64,000 nt of DNA, from the NCBI RefSeq assembly GCF_021869535.1, contig NW_026262690.1, forward strand, positions 46,996,001 through 47,060,000, in the 5' to 3' direction. The DNA comes from Mytilus californianus (Eukaryota). Positions 23,477 to 38,271 of the stretch are shown piece by piece. How positions within the stretch are numbered: position 1 is the first letter of the stretch; each line of letters opens with the position of its first letter. Below the pieces are notes generated by a model. It ran no database searches. It had not been told where the DNA came from and worked only from the letters and a program-made list of their open reading frames with translations. The position numbers were made by a program, and so were the translations under genes.

Positions 23477-26400
23477 TGTTAGACACGACTTTTAAATTTG
23501 CCAGGCTATGTTTCACGTGCTCTCTAAAAGTAACCGTCAAATAAACCGCTGCATAATATTAATGGCAATATGCAAATGCCATCGATAAGTATATTTTTCT
23601 ACATTATGGAAGGACATGTGAAACACGGGATATAACAAGCGAACGATATAAATGTATAAACCTTATGTTGGCAGAAGGAAAAGTTTGCAGATTTATATTT
23701 GTCTACTTTTGCATTCTGGTCACGAAATTTGTAATTCGTATGTCAATCATAAGTGTCCTCTACTTCTATTTACTCGGTGAAGTATCTGATCTCAAGAGAT
23801 GATATTAAAGATAACAAAATCTTTCTCTCACACAGATACAAAACTTCTGTTATTTCACTTAACTTTACCTAATATGTATATGTTTATTCGTGCTTTTCCT
23901 TGATATTTTATAATTACCACTATTCGTTGGTACAAAATTAATAATACAAACGTAATAAAACAAATGCGGACACTACCGTGTAAAGTAACAAGTTTTTACA
24001 ATCAAACATTCGTTTTTATTTCTAACAATATTGCCAACAATACTACATGCAATTAAATGTTCTTTATTCTATCGTTAGAGGATACAACACAGGGAAAACT
24101 ATTGAGCAATAACAATAGTTTTGAAAATTTTCTTATTTAACGTATGAAAAAGGGAGATGTGGGGCAAACACAAAAGTCATGTAAGTCGATTGTACAGCAA
24201 CCCGACAACATAAAATAACCAAAAGACATCTACAGGGCAACATACAGTCTTCAAAATTAAACAGATGTCTAAAAAATGTGTGAAGCTCTTATTGCATTGT
24301 CCCAATTATATACAATTTGCATTCAAATCAAGATGTACCTCCCACGGAAAAGGTATAATAATGCCACTTAATTTGCTCGTTGAATTTTGAAATTAGAAAA
24401 TTTTATAGCACTATCAAATGAGATCATTCTATTAGTTTGTTATATATCAGTTGCATATACTTAGAATTTGGTTTTACAAGTTTGCCTGATGTCTTCAAAC
24501 TTCTTGCATTTAAACTACAAAAACCGTCAAAATGTCCTCAATTTTGATATCATTTCATCACTATTAAGATAAGAGTCTAGGGCTTTTGTTTATCAATAGG
24601 ACTCAAATATTCCATGTTAAGCATAGTGATTTTATTTTAAATCCAAACGGTCAACTTGCATAGCATCATCATAAAGCATTTAATTATCAATTCACTGTAA
24701 AAAGTCCATTAGTTTTTTCTCTTTTTCTCGTCTAGAAAAGTGACATAATGTGAAATGTCGTGTGATGATGGAGGCAATTTACAATTTGAAATTATTCTGG
24801 CTACGGAATTAAATCAGCCTATTTACAGTTAGCAGCAAACGCTTATTAGAATTGTTATCGATAAAGATTGAAGCTACAAAACGAATTATTTACAGAAAAT
24901 ATAATTGACAAACCATCCCTGTGGAATAACATTACTTACACAAAACGCATATTGGAAACAAACATATGTGTAGGCTTAAAACCATTAAATCTCTCTTCAT
25001 TTGTTTGTTGTTGTTTGTTGAAAGTAAATGGTATTGTATTATAGAATGTTTGAATGTACATATCAATAAAGGATGATCAAACGTTCTCAAGTATCCATGA
25101 TTCCATATACCAAAATGTATGAAAGTTTCTTGTTATACTCTCCCCAACCGCTTGATAATTTTGTTTAAATATGATCATATAGTAATGTTTAATGTTTATT
25201 GATGGCTAGTACATTTTCCCTATTCTTAATGTTTACAATGAAATGCGTATTTATGCACTTTTCAATTATGATTGATTGATGGTTGCTTAACGTCAAGTGG
25301 CAAATATTTGATGCATGTTCAGGACGAGAATAAATTTACAATAAATACAATATAAAGGCCGTCCGGGATGAAGGTCGGAGAAATTTGGACTGTCATTGGA
25401 AAAGGGGGGTATATTGGTAAACAAGTTTTTACAACTCTCGAATACTTAACTGGTATTTCTCAATTCGAAGAACAATAAATAGTATATGAATCCTTCAAAA
25501 TAGGAGCATTATTATTTTTTAGTTTGTAAATCATCTATATGAATAAGTTCTGTTTGGACTTGTAATACATCCGACCAGATGTATGCATTCCATTAGTTTA
25601 TATGACAAAAAGTGAGGTAGATAAATGTAAATGCAAATAATACAACAACCCTAAAATAGCAGATATCTTTGAGTAGATGTTCAATAAAAGTAGGCGATTA
25701 CAAGTTGCCTCTAGTTTTATGTTGAGTAGTTGTACACTAGGGAACAGTAACATCCCCATGAGAAGTTTACACAATGATGAAACATAAGTAACTGTAATTT
25801 TTCATTGATAAATACACGTATTTTATTTATACAAGGTCAATCCCAACTAGTAATCAGCAAATATTCAAAGAAATCACGCTAAACACGTCCAATTTCTTTG
25901 ATCTATCTTGGATAAACCCTTATGGCTTCAGTAATTGTATACAGACGCTATCTATATAGTTTGTTAGCTTTATTTGAATTCCGTATATTTGTAAAGAAAA
26001 GTTAATCTGATTAGAGATATATAAACCAACTAATATTTTTTATGACGCAATCAATTTTAAAATGACTATATGATAAAGTATCATGCTTTATAAATATTGA
26101 TTCCAAATAAAATACAAAGTTTTGATCTACCAGAGAGAAGACGAAGTATGAAGTGATCGAGAAGAAATTTACAACACAATCTGTGATTTAATTGGTTTTG
26201 GCACGGATGAATTTAACTGATTAACAGCTCTGGTATGCCTTAAATTGGTAAAAGGTCTAAACCTCTCTTATCCGAAAACAATTGTCTTGTGGCCTTCCAA
26301 TACTTTTCAACGAAAGCGCCTACGCGTAACTTTAGTTATGAGCATTACACAAGATAGTGCCGAAACGACTAGTATATAGATTAGTTACGAAGATCTCAAG

Positions 26401-26959
26401 ATGGAAATTACGGCAACGGCGAGTATTATTAGTAATAAGAATATCTCAAGATAGAAATCGTTTAAACGACGATTCTAATTTCTCTTTATTTTTTGTTGCA
26501 GCCAACTAAGAGATAATTTGATTGCTTGCTTATGGGTCATGATTTGAATATTTACACTGTAGAATTTCAACGAAAACCTCAATCCTTGAATACATTATAA
26601 TGCTAGTAACTGAAATTTATGATTTCTCCAAGATAATCGTATTACTAACTGAATTTCGCAGATGATTGTTACTGTTGGTGAATTAAAAAATCTTTAACAA
26701 AGATCTAACTTTTTTTCGAAAGTCTCGGTTCTATTTTATTACCGGAACATGGGACAATCTTGAACGATATCAAAACACCAAAGGTATTACGAAGTGCTCC
26801 CTTTTTCAAACGATATTAAATATCTTGGATTCTTCGATGTATTCATAGCTTCATTTATATCAAAGATAATTGGGTACCTCACAGTAATTATCAAGATATA
26901 TTCTTATTTTTAAACTATTCAGATAAGATCTAAATAAATAATTGTGTAAACAATGCCGA

Positions 26960-27120
26960 ACTGTTCACTTACAAAGATAGAAGATACCGAGAGGACATCA
27001 GGCGAAGACCCCGTAGACAGACAACACCAACAGACAAACAGCAGTCCACAAAAACTGAGGATGGTCTCATGTGCCCCAGAAAAATACGTAATGTCTTCCA
27101 GTAATGCACCCATCATATTA
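26960..27120 (-). mobile_element. Diverged Penelope-like pseudo-LTR fragment
   Basis: AAGATACC...AGACAAACA...CAAAAACTGAGGATGGTCTCATGTGCCCC resembles 7840-8030. Confidence 0.45.
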
Positions 27121-30100
27121 CTAATGAAAAACAAAATCCAGCGACAAGTATTCAAAAAAAAAGTCAAAACCCTAATTACCAAAAAAAATGGTTAACATAA
27201 ATTTTGAATTTTACCTCATTTTATAGAAATATGACTTTAAATTCAGTTCATATACAAAACATAAACTATAAAGGCTTCCTTGTTCTCTCTTTTTTAAAGT
27301 TCCGTAATTATTTTTTTTAATTATACCCTGTGTTTAATGTCTTAAGAGGTGAACTTTATAAAAATGAATTGAAATGTTTCTCTTTATTACAGCATATAGT
27401 TTTACGTCCCTTTGTTGTCAAAATCCCACGTAAATATAGACAATCATATTACAAAAATCGTTTAAATTTGCAATTTTTCGACATTTTGCCTCACAGTTTC
27501 TTTTTTCAAACTTCTCTCAAAAAGTTACCTCCATGGACAATGCAAATGACTAATATAAAGATGTTGAATGAAAGACTTAAGACAAAACGATTACATATGA
27601 ATGTTTGCACCAATTTAAGATGCTTTCATTTCTATACTAAAGTTTGCTAATGAAATTCTTGAAGATGGACAAAGGAGTTAGTGCAGTAAGGGTCCCATTT
27701 GACTCCGAAAATTTAACAATTGTTTCAAGATGAAAAGCCTTTTAAAAAAACAAAGGAGTCAACCTATTTTCTTTGAATTTTGCAGGAAATGATAATTTGT
27801 GCTATTTTTGATGCCATGAAAAGAAAGCTATTACGTGTATTTTCAACAAAATTTCCAGACTTATTTCCTTCATTATCATTGCATTAGCTACGATTCATTG
27901 TGATTTTGGCCAATAAATCCTGATATGAGATTTCAGCTACCGGTAGAAATAGGGACCATATTAGGTTCTTGTCGAACACACTTTTTTGAACCACCGTTTT
28001 ACTTTAAATCGTTGAAACTTGTATATTTATCTATCTAACAATGATGCCTCATTTAAACATCATAAAATTGAAATACACTGAAAATCGGAGAAAAATGCAG
28101 GACTAATTGTTCAAAGTGCTCTTTGAGAAAGTATGTAAAAAAATGTCCGAATAGCAGAGCGCGATCTTTATACATTGAAATGGAATGAACCAATTGTGGT
28201 CGAAATGTCTGCTCCATACAGTGTAATTAATTTCTTAAAATGTTCAAGCGAATTTAAGATGACGAACAGCAATAAAGCAACATCATATCTAATTTATCTG
28301 TTTGAAGACGATAAATCTATGGAATATATTCATGATATCAAAGAATGTAAAACTCTTCGTACTTTAAATAATCCGTGCTCCAAATCCTTAGATTGGTCTT
28401 TTGTAAAGAAGAACCTTGACCTTGTACACTTCTATACCGTTTTTCCGCGGCAATGCGCCGTTCATAAGATCTCTATCAATGATTTTTGTAAACGTATTAT
28501 CATCCTGAATACGCATGAATATTTGATACGTGATATCTTAACACAACTACGTGCATATATACAATTTCTAATCTAGCATAATCACAATGTTTCAGAAAAC
28601 GTTTTCTTTGCCAATTTGTCTTGTCCGACTTTATTAATTATAGAGATACATCTTCGTCTAATTTAGTGTTTTTCTGATATAGTTTAACGTAATATTCCTC
28701 ATTGTTTATGTTTTTTTTTACCATAGATGGCAGAATAATTTAATAAAAGCAAACAACCCTAGTCATCAGTTTCGGCGCTTTCCGTCTTCCGCAGTTGAGG
28801 TGGACGTCTTATTCAAAATCTTGTAACTAAGGTACATGTATATGTGCAGTAATTGATTTTTTTTTACCCGGAAATTTGCAATTAGCAAGATATTCGTTTT
28901 GTATATTTTTATATTTTATGAATATGAGATGTCCAGAGTTTCCAAATTCATACGTCAGAGTAGCATGATCAAAAGGCCAATTTAATCGCTAAAATAAGGA
29001 CGGTCAAAAAGGGAATAACAAATCCATCCCTATATAAATAAGAAATAAATACCATTTAGAATCAGAAATATCAAAGAATTGGAAAATATTTCATAGATTA
29101 TGATTTTCTCATAATATGCACATTTTCGTCATAAAATATTTTGAACAATTTTAATACTTTCTGTTACAAATAAACCGCGGAGAAGTTGGCCAATATCCTT
29201 TTTTATGCCATACAACATTTACGTTTCGTCTTTTGAGATGCAAAACAATAATCGCTATAGGCCTCTAGAGTAAGACGTAACTTTTCGTTGCTGACAGGTT
29301 TCAATTATATTTATCGCTATTTTCAAATATTTACAACATCGTACATGTGCGTTTTACTTGTCACTGCTATTAAAATAAGCAAGAGAGAGAAATCCCATCA
29401 CGTCACTTCCTGACGGATTATTCAGTAAGATAATGGTAAACAACAAATACCTTTAGGCTTTTCACAATGTAATTAATGTATCGGGAGATAAAAAAAACTC
29501 AGTTTTTAATATTTACATCCTACGTACTGACAGTTCTGATTTTTCAATTAGATAGTATCTGGGAGAAATAGTTTAATTAATGAGAAATTTACTACTTAAT
29601 TATATTGTCAGTTGAAAAAAAGCAACCGCTGCTTCTATTTGATTGAAATTTTTTACTTTGACTTGTTGTCTATAAGACGCGTTTTACTTAAAAACAATGC
29701 TTAAAATTTAAACTATGGCCTTTGCTTATTCTGAGTGTGTTCCTTCTTTTCTGTAACTCAGTTGATTAAAAATCTTAAAATCAATCAAATGTACTTTTTT
29801 TGCTAGTGAACTTGTTTATATTTTCTTCTGTGAAGGTGTAGCAGTGATTTAGTTCATTCTACGGATTGCATATATCTATTTAGTCACAACATTTCAAATT
29901 GAAGTAGTCTATATTTCATTATTAGCTCTTAGATTAAATGAAGGATTTGGAAGCAATTGGCAATCATTTGAGATATTTGGTTTTTATGAAATGTATTATG
30001 CAGTTTTCTAATTCTGTATATACTTAGTGTAAGGGATGATAGTTGATGACGGCAAATAAATTCAATGAAAGGCGAAAGATACCAAAGGGATATTCAAACA

Positions 30101-31860
30101 ATTTATATGATATAAAGAGTATATGGGTAAACGTCAACAGAATTCAAAAAGAAAACAATTAAACCATACAAAACATCTAGAGGTCAATACATGGTCCTCT
30201 TCGGAGAAGTGTCTAAACCATGTTTGGCTCTGATAAGTCTTAATAAGTTAAATAGACACTACCAAAGATATATGTATAGTATGAGACTGTCCATAAATTG
30301 GACAAAACGGATCTATAAGGAGGCACACCACTTATTCTTGGCCTATTGCTTTCTATATGTTAAATCCTTCAGTTTCAAGCATACGTAGCTCTTTTGTCTT
30401 ACGTTCAAATAAAATGACAACTATTTCATGTAAAAGCACTACCTTAGTTTGCATTGTGCTGAAAAAATCAACATACCTTTAATTGCATATAAGAGCGTAC
30501 TTGATACCGCTTCTTAGTAAGTACAAAAACAGGTACTTCAGATCTGGGAAACAGACTTATTTTACCCTCCTTTTTTTATTTTTCAAAATTATGATACAAT
30601 GATCACCAGTCATTCAGCTTTCATTTGATGCCAAAATATTCTACATATTTTGATAGTTTCACTTATGTGTAGGAATTATTTTGTTTTGAATATGCACTAG
30701 TATCTGGTATGTTGTGTCTGACAGGGTTCGAATTGGTGGTTTTACACCATAAATAAAGATAACAGGCGAGGTCTGATTTGGGCCAGATACATTTGTGTTC
30801 TTTAGTCGTTTACTATCGACTTCAACGTATTGATGACAGTGTTGTTTATCAAGTGTGTATTACATTTTTTACATGCAGACATTTTGTTCCAAATTTTAAT
30901 AAAATGAATATAATTAGCAGGGTGTTTATGATGTCAATAAAAATTAATTTGGCAATGCGCCAAACAAGTTTATAACAATTTTTTTTCATAGACCCCGTTG
31001 ATCTATATTTACTTTTACCCATCAGAGCTATCCTGCTGATGAGTTTTTGGTCGCCATAAACCCGAATTTCCCCCGAAGTTACTCTCTGTAATATAAGAAT
31101 ATTTTGAAAGTGGTGAGTATTTCAAGCTTCATAATATATGGTCAGGACGAGAATTTGCGATAATCAGATGCAAGTATTTTCAAGTCAAAGATGCTATTAA
31201 AACCACTGTCATAAATTTATCATATATTTGTCAATCTATTTCAACTCTCTAAGAACTTAGCGTTATATAGCTATAGTTATGTTTCTAATCCAATGAAATA
31301 GGGAGTTTTTGACAGAAACAGAAGGATATATGGTATACAGACCTGATTCATGCACCCGATATATCTGAAGCATCAATCAATCAATCTGCAAACAGTTTCA
31401 AATGTTTCCCAAAGCATCTGTAGTCCAAAGCAAAATAACATTCACAGCAGATTGTCTGATTGATAAGATGTCACTAATAACATATTGATAAGTTTTTCTT
31501 TCGAATCTTCGAATGTATTTAAATTATTTTGACAATAATCGGTTTTAAATTATTAAAAGCTGCATGAAGTAAATGAGCTTACGTGGGTTTCATATTGTCT
31601 TCTTCTTCTCATGGAAATAAAATATATTTTTTTATTCACAAATAGTGTTCTGTATACATGTAATTTGTTTTAAAGAAAATTGCGTAATATCATAACAATT
31701 AGAACGACGACTTACATTATATTTAGTCGAAAAAAAGTCTTCACAATCGAATTCGCAAGTAATATTTCTGACAATTTTCGTTTTTGCTGTTTAATAAAAT
31801 TCGGTCACGGTAAATTAATGATTTCTTTGTGTTTGCATACTGACCATAATCAAACATGTA

Positions 31861-33936
31861 TTTGGTAAAATTCCGTCTGTATGGTGTAAAGGGATAATCA
31901 CACCTATCCCAAAGTGTTCTACATCGGATCCCAGGGATCCTTTGTCTTATCGAGGAATAACTTTGGCACCGTGTGCCTATAAATTATATTGTAGTATTCT
32001 AAACAATAGGTTAATAAATTGGTAAGATCATAGAGATATGTTACATGATGAACAAAATGGGTTTCGTAAAAGTCGAAGTACTATTGATCATTTAAGCACA
32101 ACTACGTCAATTATTGAGACAAGGAAATTGAAAAAAATGTCAACTTTTGCCGTCTTTGCAGATTTCAAGAAAGCTTATGATACAGTTAACAGGAGATTAA
32201 TGTTTAAAGATTTAAATGATCTTGGAATCAGTTCAAAATTTTTGAATACTATTAAAACGATTTACTCTCAGGTTGAATGTGCAATTAAATTGAATGGAAA
32301 CTTAACTGAGTGGTTCAGTGTTAACTCAGGTTTAAAACAAGGGTGTGTTTTATCACCTATATTATTTAATATTTTTATAAATAGTTTAGTCACAGACATA
32401 AAAGGTCTAGACATCGGTATTGATATCGATGGTGAAAAAATTGGTATTTTATTATATGCAGATGTTATTGTATTAATTGCTGAAAATGAAAATGATGTAC
32501 AATTAATGCTAGATATTCTTAATACATGGTGTAAAGATAAATTATTGAATGTTAACTTTGAAAAGACAAAGATTGTGCATTTTAGAAATCCCTCTGTACA
32601 GCCAACAAATGTAATATTTTTACTTGGTGAAAAACAATTGTGTATTGTATCAAAACATCAATATCTTGGCTTATTATTGACTGAATTTCTTGATTATAAT
32701 GAAATGGTAAAATCTGTAGCCAGGTCAGCAGGGAGAGCATTAAGTTTACTGATTGTAAAGAGTAAACCACATGGAGGTTTCCACTTTAATACATATACCA
32801 AACTTTTTGATAGCTTAGTCTGGTCAGTCATAAGTTATGGTGCAGCCATCTCGGGCTCAAGAGATTTTTCTTGTATTAATGCTGTTCAGCACAGAGCTAT
32901 CCGGTTTTTTATGGGTCTTGGTAAATATACACCTAGTGATGCCATTAATGGGGATATGGGTTGGAACCCCCCGTGTGTGAAGCAGTGGAGTTGTGGTTTT
33001 AGACATTTGGCTAGATGTAGTCAGTTATGTCAACAGAGAGGGTGAATTATAAAGTATTTCAATGGGCATTTAGAAATGCCATTAATAAAAAGAAAAACTG
33101 GTGTTATAGAATTATTACAAAAAGAGAATGTAATGTAGATTTATACACTAATTTAGATAATGTGTTGCATAAAAATGTTATTACACAGTTAGAAAATTTT
33201 TTATTTAAAAATTATACGATAAATTGGCATAACAGAATATTTTCACAAAATGTTGGAAAAAAATTACGTACTTATAAATTGTTTAAAGATATTTTTGAAA
33301 CAGAGATGTATTTGAGGAAGAACATTTCAATACGATACAGAAGTGCATTTGCTAAATTTAGGTGTGGCGTTGCCCCCTTGCGAATAGAAACAGGTCACTA
33401 TGAAAACAAAACCGTAAATGAAAGAGTTTGCTTTGTATGCAATGATAAAATTGAAGATGAGAAACATGTTATATTAGACTATCCATTATATGCAGATTTA
33501 CGTGAAAGTTTATTTTATGAAATTAAAAGAAGTAATGTTGATTTTAATATTTTATCTGATGATGATAAGTTTATATATCTTTTTAAAAGTAATGATTGTT
33601 TTGATGTGGTTGCCAAGACCTGCTTTAATATTTTAAGTAGAAGAAATAGTTTTTTATATGCTTGATTGATAGTTATGTTTTTACAGACCTGATATATTTC
33701 ATAGACTTGATAAATTTAGTTATATGGTTTTACATAACGGAAATGTTTTTATAGACATGATAAATATATAGTAATAATTTATATTGATTTCTATAGTCCC
33801 TCATAATTCTTTATAGAATGGCACTTGTATTTTAATTTATGAAATTACTGTTTTATTCAATGAATATATTATGATGATTGTATTACATGTATTACAAGTG
33901 ATGAGACTCTAATAAAATATTGATTCTTGAATCTTG
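31861..33936 (+). mobile_element. 5'-truncated non-LTR retrotransposon (RTE-X-like LINE), inactive RT
   Basis: WCKGIITPIPK..DPRDPLSYRGITL, EQNGFRKSRSTIDH, DFKKAYD, GLKQGCVLSPILFN, and YADV in place of YADD. C-terminal AKFRCGVAPLRIETG..C..C..EDE.H motif. Stop near 32023, frameshift near 33030, AATAAA at 33911 and a GA(T/A)TCTT repeat tail. Clade is inference. Confidence 0.9.
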
Positions 33937-33950
33937 TACTAATTTGACTG

Positions 33951-34041
33951 TATGCAAATACAATTGATTGATTGATTGGTGTTTGCCTGACGTCACCGCC
34001 GCTGCGGAGCACAACAAACACCAATTAATTGTGTTTGCATA
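33951..34041. other. Nested hairpin with GC-rich loop containing TGACGTCA
   Basis: TATGCAAATACAATT/AATTGTGTTTGCATA and ATTGGTGTTTG/CAAACACCAAT arms; TGACGTCA at 33988-33995. Confidence 0.7.
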
Positions 34042-34108
34042 TAGCCACATTCATGTTTGATTGTGGTCAGTGACACGTTAAGTTAACATGTGCATAGGAA
34101 CTACTGTT

Positions 34109-34139
<31 letters not shown>

Positions 34140-34144
<5 letters not shown>

Positions 34145-34307
34145 AAAATATTCTTTTTCACTTTTTTGGTCTTTTGGAAAATGTTGTTTGTGCTGTATTT
34201 AGACCCTTCTATTAAGAAATTTGTTTTGCATGCACACGTATAAAAATTGCGGGTTTTATCCAACGCAATCATACTTAGGTTTGAACGTTGTTTTCAATTT
34301 AGACTTG
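34140..34307 (-). repeat. Solo copy of the repeat unit at 39977-40190 / 40516-40731, next to (TA)n
   Basis: Reverse-complement match; (TA)n at 34111-34139. Confidence 0.85.
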
Positions 34308-35132
34308 TATATATATTTGTGTCTTATACTAAAAAAAAATACAGCAAAATATCGATATAATAAATTAGTCAAAACTTTTACTAAATCTTATCATAAATAT
34401 ATAGCGATTTACACCGGAAACATTATTCTGCATGTAGGGATTAAATAGATATTTGGCATTTTGTATCTAGATTTTTAAAGTAGTATTGTTTATAAAGTAT
34501 CAAATTTAGGAATTGTCCGCAATATGTCAACTTGACTTTTAAAATATACTTATTGATGAAAGTTATACTTGTTAAATAACTTGTCTCGTGTTTATAGTTT
34601 GAACCAACAATAAAATGTTTCTTTTATCTTTCTAGTATATGGTTTGCCTTGGGCATTGCACAATATCAATGACATGTCTTCCTAAACTGTTTATGGCGTC
34701 ACTGCATTGAATCTTCTACGCAGAACAGCAACCGATATTATTGCAAGACGGCATGCTTTGTTGGTAGCAGGCTAGTATTTTGAACTTGCTTTCATTAACG
34801 ACCAGAATTCTATAAAGCGGAATAATTTTTGTTACCTATCATACCATTATTTTAGTTTTTAAGAGTTACCTAAACTAGTTTTTATTGTGTTTTTATGAAC
34901 GTTTTAGTAGTCTGTATGCAGGTCAAGATTATAAAGAGAAAGGGTCCTAGTTATCGTTAAAATAAACATTAACCCTGCTAAACTTTCAAGCGCTTGTCCA
35001 ATGTGAGTAACATCGTCAGTTGTTGTCGTATGTCATCTCTTAGTGTGCTTCGCGGAGAATTTGGTGTGGGTTTGATTTTATCTTTAATAGTTATTCACAA
35101 CATTTATAATCTATGGATGATTGAGAGCTTGG

Positions 35133-35255
35133 CATATTGTATAGACATCCGTCTATTGTTGAAGTGTGTATGTTGCCGTCTTGATTATTTTGACATATTG
35201 TATAGACATCCGCCTATTGTTGAAGTGTGTATGTTGCCGTCTTGATTATTTTGAC
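35133..35255. repeat. 61-bp tandem duplication
   Basis: CATATTGTATAGACATCCG(T/C)CTATTGTTGAAGTGTGTATGTTGCCGTCTTGATTATTTTGA occurs twice. Confidence 0.9.
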
Positions 35256-36826
35256 GTTGTGTTGTTGTCTCATTGACGTATGCACCAGATCTCCTTTAAT
35301 ATATTTTTATCTAAAAGGATATATTAACTGCCCACATGCATCTTAAGTCGACCTAAGGGCTTTTGGTTCTAAGTGATTATTTTTATTTATACTTTCTCTT
35401 ATGTTTTTTTAAGATATTGAGCTGAATTTCTAACGTAGTCATAATAAAAGGTTTGTGTTAAATCCCATGTCGTTATATTTTAATGGATTTGAACTTTATA
35501 TATGATTACAGTTACTGTTATTATTTTTGAAAGACTTACGATAATTTGAGTAAATTCTTGTTTAATCAGACGTTGCTGCTTAAATGGCACACGCCATGGA
35601 TGTCGGTCGAAGCAAGACATGTTTCAAACTTAGAAACCGTGAATTTAAGCGATAAAGCAAATTTTCGTCTGATGAAAATAAACTTAAATACCAAATTCAC
35701 AACGTGAAGCTAATAAACATGATAAAGTTAAAACCAATGCTATGAAATGTTATAAAGAAAATTTCAGAAGTAAGGTGTTTATCCACGTTTAAGGAATTCT
35801 GGTTATTATGTAAACGAGTTCTGGGGTCCTTAACCCGTTATTGGGTAATACAGAAATGTGTCGGACGGTCATCATAAAGGTTAACTATTTGAAAGACTAT
35901 GTGTGTTGTTCAAAGTACATGAAGTTAGATCCGTGAAATATCTAATTTTCATGCTACATGTGATTTGAAACATGACGAAGAATTGAGCTCCTGAAGTTCC
36001 TACTGTTAAGTCACCACTTTGTTCCAGTTTAAATAATACAATATAAAATAGAAGTCCCCTCTCATTGCACAGATTTTTCACTAAATTACGGAGGCTTTCT
36101 TTCAGTCCTAATATCTTTCAATGTTTGTGAAAACATAAAATGTCTCGATACCGGGATTGAAGTTGATAACACGCAATATTGTTTATATTTAAGTTCCAGC
36201 GCACTTTTGTCTTTTATTTCGGAAATGGCTTGAGAATATTGCCTTTGAAAAACTATACATAAACTGCATAGGAAATTTCTTTTTTACCGTTAATCCATCG
36301 TTTTAAACAAACTGATTCCACCTTAATTTATTGGTAGACACTTCTACATGATGTTTAAACCAATTGATGATAGCGATGATGTTTGTGTTGTATATATTAG
36401 ACATATCAAAAAGTATTTGACAAAGTCTGCCAAGGCGGCTTACTATTTAAGCTTTAACAAAATTGTATGTGAGATAGAATTGTCATTTGTAGCAAGTTTA
36501 ATTTTCCATATCTATCTCGAAAGGTTGTTATAAATGGTAAGTTTTAAAGTACTAGATTGATTTTAGCTGGAGTGCCACAATGTTTCATTACATACCTTCT
36601 GTTGTATATATTATGAATAATATCCATGACACAATGGAGGTATCAATATTAAAATTAAGTCGTACATTCATTATACAACATTGCTGAAATCGGAAGTAAT
36701 TAACGGACACAAACTAACTTGATAATATAATCACACAGTCTAGGCAATAACAGTGAAATTCAATGCAGATATAAAACAAAATATATTAACTTTGTATAAC
36801 AAATTGACTATGGAAAACAAATAAAT

Positions 36827-38271
36827 AACAAGAAATGATTGTAACAGGATGCTGTTACGAAGTCTCCCAAACGAAGCTCCCATAATTCGTCATTCCTATG
36901 GTCGCCTGACATTGAGCAAAGTCCAGAACAAATTGGTTTGGTCCAGTAAAGGGACTAACTCTGTTAATCATTCAAATCATCTTTTCATGACAAACCAGAA
37001 TATAAATGGTTTAGGGGTGGGGATCTTGACCACTTACAAGATATTAGAACTTTATCAAATGGCAGGGGGTCGGGTAGACCCCTGGGGACTAACCCTGTTT
37101 ATCATTCAAATCTTCTCGGCATGACAAACCAGAATATATATGGTTTAGGGGTGGGGATCTTGACCACTTACAAGATATTAGAACTTTCTCAAATGGCAGG
37201 GGGTCGGGACGACCCCTGGGGACTAACCCTGTTTATCATTCAAATCGTCTCGGCATGACAAACCAGAATATATATGGTTTAGGGGTGGGGATCTCGACCA
37301 CTTCCAAGATATTAGAACTTTCTCAAATGACAGGGGGTGGGGATGACCCCTGGGGACTAACCCTGTATTTCATTTGATGTGCTTTATCATGACAAACCAA
37401 AATATATATGGTTTAGGGGTGGGGATCTTGACCACTTCCAAGATATTAAAACTTTCTTAAATGGCAGGGGGTCGGGTAGACCCCTGGGGACTAACCCTGT
37501 TTATCATTCAAATCTTCTCGGCATGACAAACCAGAATATATATGGTTTAGGGGTGGGGATCTTGACCACTTACAAGATATTTGAACTTTCTCAAATGGCA
37601 GGGCGTCGGGACGACCCCTGGGGACTAACCCTGTTTATCATTCAAATCATCTCGGCATGACAAACCAGAATATATATGGTTTAGGGGTGGGGATCATGAC
37701 TACTTCCAAGATATTAGAACTTTCTCAAATGGCAGGGGGTGGGGATGACCCCTGGGGACTAACCCTCTGTTTCATTTGATGTGCTTTATCATGACAAACC
37801 AAAATATATATGGTTTAGGGGTGGGGATCTTGACCACTTCCAAGATATTAAAACTTTCTCTAATGGCAGCGGGTGGGGGTAACCCCTGGGGACTAAGCTT
37901 TTATTTCATTTAATGTGCTTTATCATTTAGAACATTTTCAATTATAAATATTGTGTCTATCCCTTACCGTTTTCAAGTTAAAATCATTTGAAAATTAAAA
38001 AAAATAAAATCCCATTGGGTTCTATAGTAAACCCCTCCTTCCTTTATGCCCCTCAAAATACCCCTTTATAAACCCCATTGCACAAACAAAACCCTGATTG
38101 CACCACTAGACATGTTAGTCTAACATATTGTGAAACCCTAAGTTAATCTGAAAAGTGGTTTTGGAGAACGGGTGCGGACAAGTTCGGCGGAAGAAGAAGA
38201 AGAAGAAGAAAAATAATAAGAACTGAGCAAAAACAATAAGTCTTCACAAACTTCGTTTGGGAGACTTAATA
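36827..38271 (+). mobile_element. HINE/pearl-like (Helentron-associated) element carrying a 134-bp tandem array
   Basis: 5' AACAAGA; 17-bp subterminal IR AAGTCTCCCAAACGAAG (36860-36876) / CTTCGTTTGGGAGACTT (38251-38267); (GAA)n microsatellite near 38190; 3' hairpin. Confidence 0.75.
36950..37920. repeat. 134-bp satellite-like array, 7 full units with a 402-bp higher-order repeat
   Basis: GGGACTAA unit starts at 36950, 37084, 37218, 37352, 37486, 37620, 37754 and 37888. Confidence 0.92.

Noticed and set aside
28175-28576. 133-aa plus-strand ORF
   Set aside because: TTG start, no recognisable motif or splice context; likely chance.
31030-31065. CTGATGAG on the plus strand as a hammerhead core
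   Set aside because: No stem II or GAAA downstream.
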